Positions 45,701 to 58,532 of a stretch of DNA of 64,000 nt are shown piece after piece. The stretch spans positions 1-64,000 of the forward strand of contig JALJEE010001228.1 of the NCBI GenBank assembly GCA_023231475.1. Reading direction: 5' to 3'. Below the pieces are notes generated by a model, which saw only the letters and a list, made by a program, of their open reading frames with translations, was not told where the DNA came from and did no database searches. Both the position numbers and the translations under genes were made by a program. Source of the stretch: Seison nebaliae (lineage: Eukaryota). Each line of letters starts with the position of its first letter. The first letter of the stretch is position 1.

Positions 45701-48238
45701 TTAAACCCAACTGATACTGTTACTTGGGCTACTGGAAGAATTCTTATTATTAACCGAACTCTCATCCGATGACGATGAAGATTCATGAACGATCTCAATT
45801 CCTGATTTTGTCACTGCCAATTCATGATACGATTTACTAACATCATCATTGAATGAATTATCTTTGGAATGAACATTCTCATTGTTTGAATGAAAAGAAA
45901 ACATGTTCTCTGATAAATTCAATACATCTCCATGTTCACTATCTCCATGTTCATTCATATCTACATTCGTTGTCTTCTTGTCCATAGAAATGTTTTGGGA
46001 ATTATTTGAAATCGAATGAATTTTTTCTGCAGTTTTTTCTTCCGATTTCCAATTTCCAGAAATATTCATATCAGTTTCCATTTCCAATTGTTCCATATAA
46101 TTATTTATTTTTTCTCTAAATCGTTTTTCATCATTCTCAAGAACGTTCTCGTCAATTTCCTTTCCGTTCATTCCATCGAAATCCACGTTAATCTTTCCAA
46201 TCCGTTTCTCACTATCTGCTAATAATTTTGAGAAATGTTTATTTTCTTCCGTTATTAATCGATCATTATCATCATCTATTAAATTTCTTTTACTCATCAA
46301 TTTATCATCATCATTCTCGTCAATTGATATTTCTTCTTTTCTATTCACTTCAGTAAACTCATTTAATAAAACATCTTCGTCAATCACCGTCAATTTTTCT
46401 CTTAATAAATCGATATCGGTTTGAAGTTTATTCTCTTTTAATTCCATCGTTTGCATATGTGCCATTAACATATTTAACAGATCTTGATTAGGAGATGATT
46501 CTTTCCTTCGGGACGATTGTCTCCCGCTCATCAATCTCCCTGAAACGATTTCTTCAATTTCCTCTTTCGGAGTTTCTCGTTGAGTTTCAGCCAATCTCAA
46601 AGTCAAACTAAAATGAAAAAAATGTTTAAATTAATAACTTGAAAAAAATGTTAGAATAACATTTTCTTCTGATCTGTTAGACTATCAAAATCATCTTGTA
46701 ATTCATCGAATTTCTTATTTAATTCACGTAGTAAAAACCGTTTGTGATGGTTCTCCTTCTCCAACTCGTTCAATCGTTCTTCATATTCTTCAATTCTTTA
46801 AAAGTTCTTATTATCAAATCAAAGAATTAAAATGGATTAAAAACCTTTTTTCATAACGTTGAGTGTTTACCAAAAAATCTTTCTCTAATTGTTTCGATGA
46901 TAAATTAAATCGTTCGTTCAATTTAATTTTCTCTTCGTCGATCACTTGCTCCAATTCTTCCCCAAATAATTCTTCTTTCAATTTCAAATCATTCTCCTTC
47001 GAGAAAATTTCCTCTTGTCGCTTATTCAATTCATTTTCCCACGATCTCAATTCCGTTTCTTTCTTTCGATATCGTTCATGAGATTCATTGATAATTCTTC
47101 GACTATTACTCAAATCCGTTAAAATCTTCTCCTTCTCTTTAGCGAGACTTGAATATAATTTATCTTTTATTTCATCTTCTCGTTTGATGAGACGTTCCTC
47201 TTTCAGTCGAATCAATTGGAAACGTTTCTCATATTCTTTTTCTAACAAATCGATTTTCTTCTTATATTTCACTTCGTGTTCTCTCAATAATTCTTGTCTC
47301 ATCACATTCTTCTCATCTGTCAATCTTCTCCCAATTTCTTCCTCAACTTCTTTCTTCTTTTCACGTTGTAATTGTAATTTCATTAGAAATAATTGTTCGT
47401 TAGTCGACTCATAATCTTTGTTCTCTTTCACTTTGATCATATCATAACGTCGATCGATCTCTTTCAATTTCGCATCAATCGGTAACGCAACTTCCGAATT
47501 AGTTTTCGAATATTCAGTTAAAACTTTTGAAATGAATTTGAAAAAAAACGTTTGACGAAGTGGGATAGGAATCGAATATATGTCACTCATTTGTTTCTTC
47601 CCATTCCTCAAATTGTCGTCAAGAGTCAACTCGAAAGTTTTTGGGAATTGAATACTATTCTCCTCATTCACTAAAAGTACATCGAGAATATCAGACAGTT
47701 TGAATGAATTCAAATAATTCGTGTCACTAGAGAGCAATGCTTCTGGATCGAAAACTGAAGAGGTCAAAAGATATTTCCTCTCTTTCATATACATCGAAAT
47801 TAACCAGTTGAATATCATTTCCGTTCGATCCACCGTCGTACTTTGATTAGTGAATTGATTATTCTTCAAAATGATTTGTTGTCGAAGGAAAGCCCTCGTA
47901 TTCTCTACCGTTCCATCATTTCTCAATTCATTCAATAATTCTTCGTCTTTCTCATTCATCAAATTTTCCTTTTCTGTCAATTTATCGTTCGTTCTTGTGT
48001 CTGTGAATAATGTTGTAGTGCCATTGTGTGAAATGGATTCATTGATGGATCTTCCACCAATTCTATTGGAAGTAGAAGAAGTAATGGACGAATCGGAAGA
48101 TTTCACATCTTCACTCGAATATGTTGAGGGAGATAATGTGAAGGATAAAGATGACGACTTTGGGGAAATTTTCGATTTTCTCGTACTTTTACTTGTGGTG
48201 CTGGAAATCCGACTATATTCACTGGTAGAATCACTCAT
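45701..48238 (-). CDS. OFD1: OFD1-like centriolar protein (LisH-type N-terminal region plus coiled coil), ~811 aa
   Basis: ELRNDGTVENTRAFLRQQII and FNWLISMYMKERKYLLTSSVFDPEA resemble the OFD1/FOP dimerisation and LisH region, followed by a long coiled coil. Exons 48238-46845, 46795-46661, 46607-45701. Confidence 0.6.
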
Positions 48239-48786
48239 TCTCCGATGGTTCCAATTGATTACTATGGTAATTGTTTATAATTTTATTCTTCTGATTTTTG
48301 ACTATTGTTCCTCTTCTTGAAGTTTTAATGATTTGCTTCATTTTAATTTTTAGCCTTCAATTCGATTAATTTCTATTAGTCATCAAAATTTTCGAATTTT
48401 ACATATAATTTATTCAAAGTTAAATATTAAAATTCTAATAATATGTATCTTATGATGATGTGAATAACACCCATAAAATACAATAGAACAGGATGAAATA
48501 TATGCAATATACTGGAACATTAATACGAATCGATATCATATAAAATAAGAACAAATTTATACTTTGAAAATTTTGAGAATATTTCAACGTTTCATAGGTG
48601 GAATCTCGTCTCCTATGTTCCTTGTTTAATCCATAAGGTGGTTTTGAGAAAGTGATATAAAAAAATATCATGAGAAGAATGACATATGGGCAGCATTTAA
48701 AGTAAACCTCCTCCGCAGTACATTATAAATATAATTTAAGTTTAAGAATTCAATTTTTATTTCGTCATCAATTTCGACAAAAAAAA

Positions 48787-49002
48787 ATGAAATTTTTACA
48801 ACTAATTTTCGCCATTTCCTTTTTGGTATTAAGTCATGCAATCAGTTTACGTCGACCATTAACCAAATGTTATTTGAAAGGACATCAATATGAAAGTGGA
48901 GATATGTTCAAGAACGATTGTAATATCTGTGGATGTAATTTGGGGAAAGTGATATGTACCCAGAGACAGTGCAATAATTTGGCAACCAGCGTTCTCATTT
49001 AA
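48787..49002 (+). CDS. Small secreted Cys-rich peptide, pacifastin/VWC-like single domain
   Basis: Signal peptide MKFLQLIFAISFLVLSHA followed by C..G..Y..GD.FK.DCN.C.C..G...CT...C, matching the pacifastin CNxCxCxxGxxxCTxxxC pattern. Confidence 0.75.
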   Translation: MKFLQLIFAISFLVLSHAISLRRPLTKCYLKGHQYESGDMFKNDCNICGCNLGKVICTQRQCNNLATSVLI

Positions 49003-49218
49003 ATAAACTCTCATGTCTCACATGTCAGACAAACACAATGGAGAGAATTATATTTTCAAATTATTTCAGGGAATTAATTTAACCAAAATATCTTTTCAAT
49101 TTTAAAAGTTATTTATTAATAAATTTTGATGCTATTCGAAAGAAATAAATATTTTAACTTCTCACATTTTTAAATGTAGTTAATGTTTAATTGTTCTTAT
49201 TATGTAATCTAGTTTTTC

Positions 49219-52200
49219 TTATCGTCGATATGGTTGATAAGGATTAGTCGTTCTTAATAGATAAGATTGGAGATCCAAATTAGAACTGTTGTTTGAACGA
49301 CGAAGATATTGATTCCAACTCTGGAGAATTTGCTGAGCAAGTGGCATCAAAGTGGAGTTCATTTGATGGTGTTGTTGATGGTGAGAGATGATGTTGTTAT
49401 TCGTCAAATTCATTCCATAAGTTCGTGGTTGTGTAGCAGGTAAGAATGAAGGAACGATTTTAGGAATATTATTTGATAATCGATTGCGAATATCCATATT
49501 AATTAAGGAATTTAAAGAAGATCGATAACGAATCTGATTCTGCATATTATTCAAAAGTAAATTTAAATTAATTTGATTAACATTCGGTGCTATCGTCGTA
49601 TGATAAGGGATATGTGACGAATGATAAAAACATTGATTATTTGAAATCGGTTTGGGATGATGAGATATTTGGGAATTAATGGAGGGAAACGGAATGAAAT
49701 TTCTTCCTATGGACGTCATTTTCCCGTATGATAAATCGGTAGAAGTTAACACTTTGTGAGTGGAAGATAATCGTTCAGAATTCTGTAATATCGATACCGG
49801 TTGATGAGGAGGAGGTTGTGAGAAGGTTGGCGGTTTTTCAAAATATATTTCCTGATTCGATTTCTCCATTTCAATATTCACCGGAAGTGGAATATAATTT
49901 GATGATTTGATCATTTTACTCTCTTCGAACAACGACGAATCAGGTGAAACATCGTCAATGGAACTTTTATCATTACAATCAATTGGCGATTGTCGAAAGT
50001 TTTCCAATCTTTTCCCTCTCATTGACGACATTGGGGAATCATCAATATTAGTTAAACTTTTATCGGAAGTCTAAAAAAGAGAAAATTAGAGAATGAAATG
50101 GATTTATTTCAACTAACCAATTCACTGAATTGTGATGATCTTGAATAATTCATGTTATTGTTATTACTATTACCATCGACAATATAATTATCATTTGGTT
50201 TCATCATGGATGGATAAGGAGGAATTTGATTCGCATATTGGGTGGAATAATGAGGTCGAACAGATTCGCTAACGGCATAATTAATTTTTTGATGATTCGT
50301 TCCAATTTGTAGGGAAGATATTTCCAATTCATCTTTTCCATTCAATGACCGATCATTCATTTCATTCTTTGACGATATATTCAACAAATTGTTATTGTTA
50401 TTGGTTGGAGACTCTTCGACCATCAACGGAGTGACTGACAATGGTTCACAAGATGATAGGGAAGATGATGGAAATGAATCACAAGACTTCACTTTCTGGA
50501 GACAATTACAATCGTTTTTCGTATGAATATCATTGAGATTGTAGAGAATTGGTTGATTCTCCAATTTATTTGACCTGCTGAAAAAAGAATATTTTAAATT
50601 TAGAATTTTTTTTTAGTAATTCAAATTTTAACCAATCATTAAATATTTGTGGGGGAATAAATAAAGATTGTTCTGATTTCAAATTCATTACACAACTTCT
50701 TCTCGAATCGCCGATATTGATGTTGTAATTGGGTGGCCACCATCGCTCTTGTTTGCTGAATGGTTCATAATTATTGACAAGTGATTTCCGATAATATTTC
50801 AGTAGAGTACGAGATCGTTCGATAAGTTCCGGATTAAAGACAGAGGATACTATCTTATCGAAGGGCAATCTTCGATATTTGTCGTTCGGATAAGATAGTG
50901 TTCCTTTCCTTACCATGAAATCGTTCATATGTCTGATCTTCCTGACATTTATGACAGTATCATCTGATGAACCATCATAATTATCATCAGTACTGGAGCA
51001 ATCGTTATCACTTTCATTCACATCTTCTTCCTCACACGATAAGATATCTAATTCACGATAATCTTTCTCAATCGGTCGACAATTTTGCGATTTCGTTCCA
51101 TTTCCTAAAGAGGTCAGATGTTGTAACATGCAATTTTTCATTGAGTCACTATTAGAGCAGAAATTGGATGTTCGACAATGAGCTAATGGTAAAGCGAAAA
51201 CATTTCGACTCGTTCGTAAAAGTAAATGTTGTTGATTGACTTGTTCAATGAATATTTGTCGACAACGTAAACATTTCGTACCGGCGATATCTGGTCGAGT
51301 ATATTCGAGACAATTATGTCGCATTAATCGATAATAGAAATGATCATTCCAGAAGGGTGTGTTAGCAAACGGATTCTTTAACAATAAATGTTTATAATTC
51401 AATTTGGCTCTCGATTGATATTTAGCACAATTGCCCGAATAATTCAAATGTTCGATATTTAATCCTGATTCATTATAAATATCATAATCTTTATCCGGTT
51501 CATCCATAATTCGAATAGTTACCTTTCCTGGATCAATCCAAATTCTGATATCTCGTTCAGTTGGATCATCATCTTCCTCATTCAATAATGAACCATCTAA
51601 ATCGGTACTATGAGAATCCATCCAATGACTAGCATTATTATTTGATAAATTCAAATTAAATCCACATGCTCGTTGGAGGAAATCATAAGTCTCTTTCGTT
51701 TGCTCTTTCAATCGATTCATTTTAATTTCATCTTCGAATCGCAATCTTGCTTTTGTTTCTTCATCTTCATATTGTCCCTCTAGTCCTTCTTTGATTAATT
51801 GATCTAATTCATCTTCCGATACTATACTGGGAGTGTTTTGTTTTGTTTCCGATTTATCATATTCATGATATTCATCATCGAATTCTTCAACGAAATCTGA
51901 ATTCTTCTGCTCTGACGGCCATTTCTGATTTGAATTAAATTCCTCCTCATCTTCTTTCTTTATGAGAACATTGTCATTTTCTATCGATTCTTCCGTTTGT
52001 CCATTACCGAATGAAGGATAAACTTCATTATTTTCAGGTATCTGTAAATAATAGTTACTGTTCATTCGGGAAATATCCATCAGATGGTTTTGATCAGATT
52101 TATTCATTTGAGAAGAACATTGGTCATTCATCGGGAAACACATAGGACTCTGATTATACAACCAAGAATTGGATTCATTCATTGATTGTGACATTGTCAT

Positions 52201-53954
52201 TTGATGATTAATTGGAGGAACTTTGTAATTCATTTGATTATATGGAACCGGTTTATTATCATATAAAGGAAATGATAATTCCTGATATTTCATTATCTCC
52301 TTATTCGACACTATATCAGATCGATAATTATTATCATTCACCATATGATATTGATTGTTGGGTTGCTGATAATATTGTGGAGTCATATAATTATTGGTCT
52401 GATTTAAATTATTATAATTATTTTGACTATAATTATTTACGATTTGAGGTGGTGGTATATTTATGGATTCTTCAAAATATTTCGTTTGAGATGATTGATT
52501 ATCATACTCTATAGAATGTCTCTCTTGTGGATATTCTGGGGGATTAGGATAATGTGGAGGTGGTCGATATTGTTGTTGACATGGTGGTGGATATGAAGAT
52601 TGATACTGACCAAATTGATTCGTCATATTCTTCTGACAATGATATTTTTGTGGTTGCATTCGATATTGAGAATGAAAATGACATGGCTTATCATCTGGTG
52701 GTGGTTGATATCGATCATATTGAAACGATTGATCAAATTGATGATGGTGATGATGATGATGCAAATTATGAAAATTCTGCTGATTCGAATGATATCGAAT
52801 ATCTGATTGATGTGTTTGATCTGAAAAAGATCGTTGTTGAATATTATATGGTTGATGATAATATCCAGGATTGGTATTAGATTGCTGATGAGAATTATGA
52901 GTGACTACTAATTTCATTAAATTTTGATGATGGAATTCCTTCTCTTGTTTCAATTTCCGTTCATATTCCAATTGATGTTGAATTCGTCTGTCCATCTGTT
53001 TTTGAATTCTCAAATGAGTCTTATTTATTTCTTCGCCACAATCCATGAAATTTTTGGATATTTGCGCCTGATGGAATATGGTGGCATTAGCACGCATCGA
53101 TTTCTGAGTCAATGCAGACATTCCATTATTTTTATTCATCATAAAATCGGAATTCGATCGATTATTTGGAGCCATTAAACCATCAGGGAAATTTTCCGAA
53201 ATATTTTTCCGTTCTAAAGAAACAGTGTCCAATTCCTCTTTCGAGCCCATTTGATTGACAACATAAGAATTTAAATGATTCGTTTTCATCATTCTTTCAT
53301 CACCATCATCAATTCCATCAATGAAATTCTCTCCATACAATTCAGACTTATTTACTTTACCAGGTTTGATCTCATATAACATTTTCTTATCACCACATAA
53401 TTCGAAAGACAAATTCCAATAAAGTAATTTGGCTAATGAATCAGGATTTAAACCGATTTCCTTCATCGCTCCTGAAATACATGGATCCATCATTTCTGTA
53501 AAAAAAATCATCAATTATTAATTCCATGGTAATCATTCTAACGTTTATCTGATGAAATGATACAACATCGATAACCAGATCCACGATCAACTTCATTCGG
53601 ATACCAATGTGAAGCGAATTTCTTACTAAATCTCCGTCGTAATGCCTGATATAAAGCGATCTTTAATATCTGTAACAATTCACCATTTTTCAATTGAGCT
53701 TCCGAGTAGAATTTCTTGTCATGAGGTATGAGTCGTTGTTTGGGAATACTTCGCCGCTCCGTCTTCTCATGGAGATGAGCACAAGTCGTTCGTTGCTCCA
53801 ATTCATCCAAACGTTTTTGAAACGGTTTTACCATGGTAAAATATTCGAATATTAAATGAGTGATATAAACACAAGTCACTTCAATTTCCTCCAAATGTTC
53901 CATATCTAATGGATCATTGAAATTCCGAATGACATTGCGTAATGTGGAATTCAT
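49219..53954 (-). CDS. BTG/Tob family protein with large insertions and long low-complexity C-terminus (~1,528 aa)
   Basis: Exons 53954-53543, 53495-50633, 50577-50118, 50070-49219 join in frame. Box A is FASHWYPNEVDRGSGYRCCII, then MDPCI..AMKEIGL. A Box B-like IRIWIDPGKVTIRI lies far downstream. Confidence 0.8.
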
Positions 53955-54957
53955 ATTCTTCCCACGAAGTTGTTGAGAATACGAATAATGGAAAATTTAA
54001 TACTCCTATCGATAATTCTATTCACATTCCACTAATGAAAAAAACAAATTGAAATTTAATTCTTTTGACAAAATGAAATTGTCATTGTCGATTGTGAAGG
54101 TGAAGATGTGAAGGATTGGAATATTTATAATATTCTTTCGGAAAAAATGCGCTCGATAAAATTGAAAATTAATTATTCAAACTTGGCAGTTATCCATTAG
54201 TTTCCAATTTATTGAATTAATGAATTATTAAATAAACGCTCGACTAATGAACGCTTGACACATCAGAAAATATCGTTAAAACAATTAATTGAGGAAATTT
54301 CCAATTGAACAATTCTTTTAAATTTAAATAGAATAAAAATAAACTTCTCACAATTTTACAAGAATATTTATAGATAAAAAATTTATCTGTATTCGTAAAC
54401 TCATATTTTACTTGTTCTTACAAAAAACATATAAGTCTGTAAATTGTAGTGTATAACTTGTGAGATAAAATAAAATAAATTAGATAAATTTTACAACTTA
54501 TTACACATATAGTGATTGCTATTTTTAGATCAAAAAAAAATATATTTTTTTTATTGAAATAAATTGACATTTAATGGATAATTATTTGTTTGTTACTTTT
54601 AAACTCATATCAGATTTGTTGGGAAAAGAGAGGTGAAATATGAATTTAACAAGTAGTAGATATGTTATTTAGGAATGATCAATTTATCATTCGGAAAGTA
54701 TTGTTCAAATGACGGAAAAGGTCAAATTCAGTTCATAATGCAAAAAAGTTGCAACTGGAAAATAGGGTCCAAATAATTTTTGAAATTAATTCGAAATATC
54801 TCAGAATTAGAAGAAGAGATTATAAATTTAGAATTGAGGAGAAATATTGATGGAATTAGTGGAAGAAGGGTGAAAGAAAAAATTGTTTTAAGTGTAAATG
54901 TTTATTGATGATGAGAATGAAAGTAGAAAAAAAAATAGAGAATTAATTGATTAAATA

Positions 54958-55682
54958 CTATGAAACTAGACATTGACTGCATTTGACCGTTTGCTTTCCA
55001 ATTTGTTGTTTATCTCGTAAATCGTTCCTAAAAAAATTAATTGAAAATCAATTCATTAATTGTCCTAACAATATTAGTCGTGTTATCTGAACGAACACAT
55101 TGTCCACATTGTATCGAGTTTTCGCGCTCGTTTCCATTAGACCCACATTGATATTTTGTGAGAGTGCCTTGATAGTCTCAATAGTGACTCGTTCTTGATC
55201 GGTAGAATGTAAATCGTGTTTGTTAGCAATAAGCAACATCGGAACTTTTTGTGTTTCTTTTATTCGACAAATGAAATTGTGATATCGATACACTTCTTTC
55301 GCGCTGTTCAAAAAGAATTTTAAGGAAAATTAATTGAAAAAGACGAACCTGTTAATATCATCAATTGACATGACGATAAGGAAACCGTGACCGATTCTGA
55401 TTAAGTGTTCGATAACTGATAAATATTCGTCTTGACCAGCTGTGTCATAAATGACTAGACGGACATCTCGATCGTCGATGTGGATAGTTTGCATGAATTT
55501 ATCTTCGATTGTCGGATCATAATTCTCTAGGAAATATTGCTATTTGGAGAGATTAGGAAGGAGAAATTTTAGAGAAATGGAACATGAATATATTGTATTG
55601 TGAGGGCACTCTTACCCACGAAACAATGTCCAAGAACAACGATGTTGAGTGGGACATTATTCTTTAACGAATCCTTCTTCAT
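54958..55682 (-). CDS. Ras-family small GTPase (197 aa) with atypical P-loop
   Basis: Exons 55682-55584, 55539-55349, 55303-55070, 55027-54958. Motifs GHCFVGKS, effector YDPTIED, DTAGQDEY, NKHD, ETSAK and CAAX CLVS. Confidence 0.9.
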
Positions 55683-56480
55683 TTTCCCTCTAATTCTTCA
55701 TAGAATTAAAAATGAGTTAACATATCTGCTTCAATGCTAGAAGATAGATTGGAGGGAAAGCAATTGAAATTGAAGTAAGAGGAGAAGAAGGTCGATGAGA
55801 AGGAAAAATAATGAAATGACATGAAACAAACGATTTCCATCGATTCATGGAAACGAGAACGTTATGTAAAAAAGAATTCTTTTGTGAAGATCACGTCGTC
55901 TGTTTCAGTCTGTGTTGGATGACGATAGAAATTTTTTATACTTATCTTATTTTGATGAGTCATCGCGAAGTTCTATCAATTTTCCAAAGGTCAAACAATA
56001 AAATGAGAAAGAATATTTTGTGAAAGAATTTTCAGAAAGAAGTAGTTAAATAAAATTTCTCTTTATTAATTCAAAATTTATTTAAACGGTAGTCAATTTC
56101 CGTTGGTAGTTCCTCTTCTTGAAACAAGTCTTACCAGCAAATATTTCTCTTCGTTCACGAGACGGAACACATAACAATGCGAAAATATCATAAGTTATTC
56201 TTCTTTTCGTCAATTCATTTCATAATTTATTTGTTCTTTTCATTCTCTTTCCCCTTTCCCTCGTCCATTTTCTCCCTGCCTTCTAAACGTCTATTGGCGT
56301 GGAAGGAACATTAATCAACGATGTTACCGAATGTTGAGTAGTTGTGATCTCGAGTAATTCTACAAGGAATGGACTCAGATAAAATTTCTTATTCATTCTT
56401 ACGAGAAAAAGAGGAATGAGTTCTTATTAGAATTGGAAGCTCATTGAGCACGTGATGAGATTGTAAGAAGAAAAATCAGA

Positions 56481-58532
56481 ATGTTACGTTCTCTGATGAG
56501 GAGAAGGAAAAAGTTCAATTTTTTTCAAATCATCAAATCCCTCCAAAAGAGACGATATCACAAAGATGAATCAATAATAATTCCGTCTTTTTGCAATGCT
56601 TTCCGTCATCGCGAGAAGATTGCAATTATTGATGAAATGAATAATATTTATAAAGCGAATAAAGTGAAAAAGTTTACTTATTTACAATTGATCAAAGTCG
56701 CTTCATATTTGGCGTTTAAATCGAAATATTTTGCTCAATATCAATTCAGTCGAGTATCGTCGAATTCTCGTTTTCTTCATTCATACGATGTAGCACACGA
56801 TATAAAATTACAACCAAAAATTGGAATATTATTAAAGAAAGATGTCAAATGGATTTCTGTATTATATGCCGGTTGGCTAAAGAAATGGTGTATTATTCCC
56901 TTATCATTGGAACAACCGAAATCTTATATCGAATATGTAATAGAAGATGCAGGAATTGATCTCGTAATTACGACGAGTGAAATTGTGGAAGAAAAAAAAT
57001 GTAAAGATTTAAAATGTGAAATATTAAAATTGGATGAACAATTTGAACAAATCCATCAACGTTATGAAATGGAAGAGAATTTGAAGGAATTGATCGACAA
57101 TACAGAAATGGATATTTCGAAAGAAGAAGGAGAGGAATTGAATTCATCAAAAGAATTCATCGAACGAATCAACGAAGAATGTACTGATCTCGCACTCACC
57201 AACTCTTATAATGACGTTCCTAATCTCATTTTGTACACGAGTGGCACAACCGGCCCACCCAAAGGTGTCACTCACACACACAATTCAATCTTCCATCAAA
57301 TGAAGACACAAATTATCGATTGGAAATGGAAAGATGACGACGTCATTCTCAACATTTTACCGCTTCACCATGTTCATGGACTTGTTAATTGTCTCCTAAC
57401 TCCATTGCATGTTGGTGCGACCGTTTGTCTAGCGTCATTTCAACCGGAACGGACGTGGGCACGATTATTGACAACACATCAACAACCGTTTGTAACGATT
57501 TTTATGGCCATTCCAACTATTTATAAGAAATTGATCGATTCACATTATAAGAGAATGGGAGGACAAAAAGAATCGTTGAAGAGAATCCATGAAATATGTC
57601 GAAATCGTATCCGTTTGATGGTTTCCGGTTCGTCACCGTTACCTGATTCCATTTTTCATGAATGGCAAAGAATTAGTGGTCATCGAATATTGGAACGATA
57701 TGGAATGACTGAAATTGGAATGGCATTAGGCAATTCATATGAAGAGGAAATGAGAAGAAAACCAGGTCATGTTGGTTTAATGATGAATGGTGTCAACATT
57801 CGAATAAGATCAACGACCGAAAAGAACAAAGGTAAATTACTACTTGATCTTCGATATGGAGATGATTTCTCCAAATTGTCAAACAAGACGATCGTCGGTG
57901 AATTGTTAGTGAAAACTCCGTCGATGTTCCAACAATATCTCAATCGACCTGAACAAACAAAAGATAGTTTAACAGATGATGGATATTTCATTACTGGTGA
58001 TACGATCGCTTGGAATCCTTATGAGAAGATGTTTTCCATGATCGGTCGGACATCAGTTGATGTGTTGAAATCGAAAGGATATAAATTATCAGCTTTAGAT
58101 ATCGAACGTGTATTACACAGTTCTCCATTATTAAATGATTGTGCTGTGGTCGGTGTCGACGATTTGACATTAGGACAAAAAATTTGTGCGATTTGTGTAA
58201 CGAATGGTGGTCTATCGGACGGTTCGTGGGAAGTGGCCAAATCCAACCATCATCTTGTGAAAAAATTAACGGAACATTGTAAAAGTCGATTGGCAGCATA
58301 TTCGTTGCCGAATGAATATATTTTTGTAAAGAATCTCCCCAGGAATACAATGGGGAAGATAAACAAGAAGGAACTCGTAGAAAAGTATTATCCATCTACC
58401 AAACCAACAGATAATGAAACAAAATATATTAGTACCAATTATTTCATCGGATCAGATTTCGTCAATGAATGTTTACCAAGTAAATCTCCATTGATTAATC
58501 ATGGTATCTCCATCTTTAACAATCGACGTTAA
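56481..58532 (+). CDS. ACSF3: Malonate-CoA ligase / acyl-CoA synthetase family member 3 (mitochondrial)
   Basis: AMP-binding YTSGTTGPPKGV, LPLHHVHG, ERYGMTEIGM, TGD, GRTSVD..KS.GYKLSALDIE and PRNTMGK. Basic N-terminal presequence-like segment. Intronless. Confidence 0.9.
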   Translation: MLRSLMRRRKKFNFFQIIKSLQKRRYHKDESIIIPSFCNAFRHREKIAIIDEMNNIYKANKVKKFTYLQLIKVASYLAFKSKYFAQYQFSRVSSNSRFLHSYDVAHDIKLQPKIGILLKKDVKWISVLYAGWLKKWCIIPLSLEQPKSYIEYVIEDAGIDLVITTSEIVEEKKCKDLKCEILKLDEQFEQIHQRYEMEENLKELIDNTEMDISKEEGEELNSSKEFIERINEECTDLALTNSYNDVPNLILYTSGTTGPPKGVTHTHNSIFHQMKTQIIDWKWKDDDVILNILPLHHVHGLVNCLLTPLHVGATVCLASFQPERTWARLLTTHQQPFVTIFMAIPTIYKKLIDSHYKRMGGQKESLKRIHEICRNRIRLMVSGSSPLPDSIFHEWQRISGHRILERYGMTEIGMALGNSYEEEMRRKPGHVGLMMNGVNIRIRSTTEKNKGKLLLDLRYGDDFSKLSNKTIVGELLVKTPSMFQQYLNRPEQTKDSLTDDGYFITGDTIAWNPYEKMFSMIGRTSVDVLKSKGYKLSALDIERVLHSSPLLNDCAVVGVDDLTLGQKICAICVTNGGLSDGSWEVAKSNHHLVKKLTEHCKSRLAAYSLPNEYIFVKNLPRNTMGKINKKELVEKYYPSTKPTDNETKYISTNYFIGSDFVNECLPSKSPLINHGISIFNNRR

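Noticed and set aside
46863..48320. Antisense Ser/Phe-rich ORFs opposite OFD1-like, and similar ones opposite the 30-34 kb and 50-53 kb exons
   Set aside because: Expected reverse-complement shadows of Glu/Lys- or Gln/His-rich coding sequence.
39323..55682. Alternative genetic code or stop readthrough to explain fragmented ORFs
   Set aside because: Every break in conserved proteins is resolved by a short GT-AG intron with exact frame restoration. TAA, TAG and TGA all serve as terminal stops.
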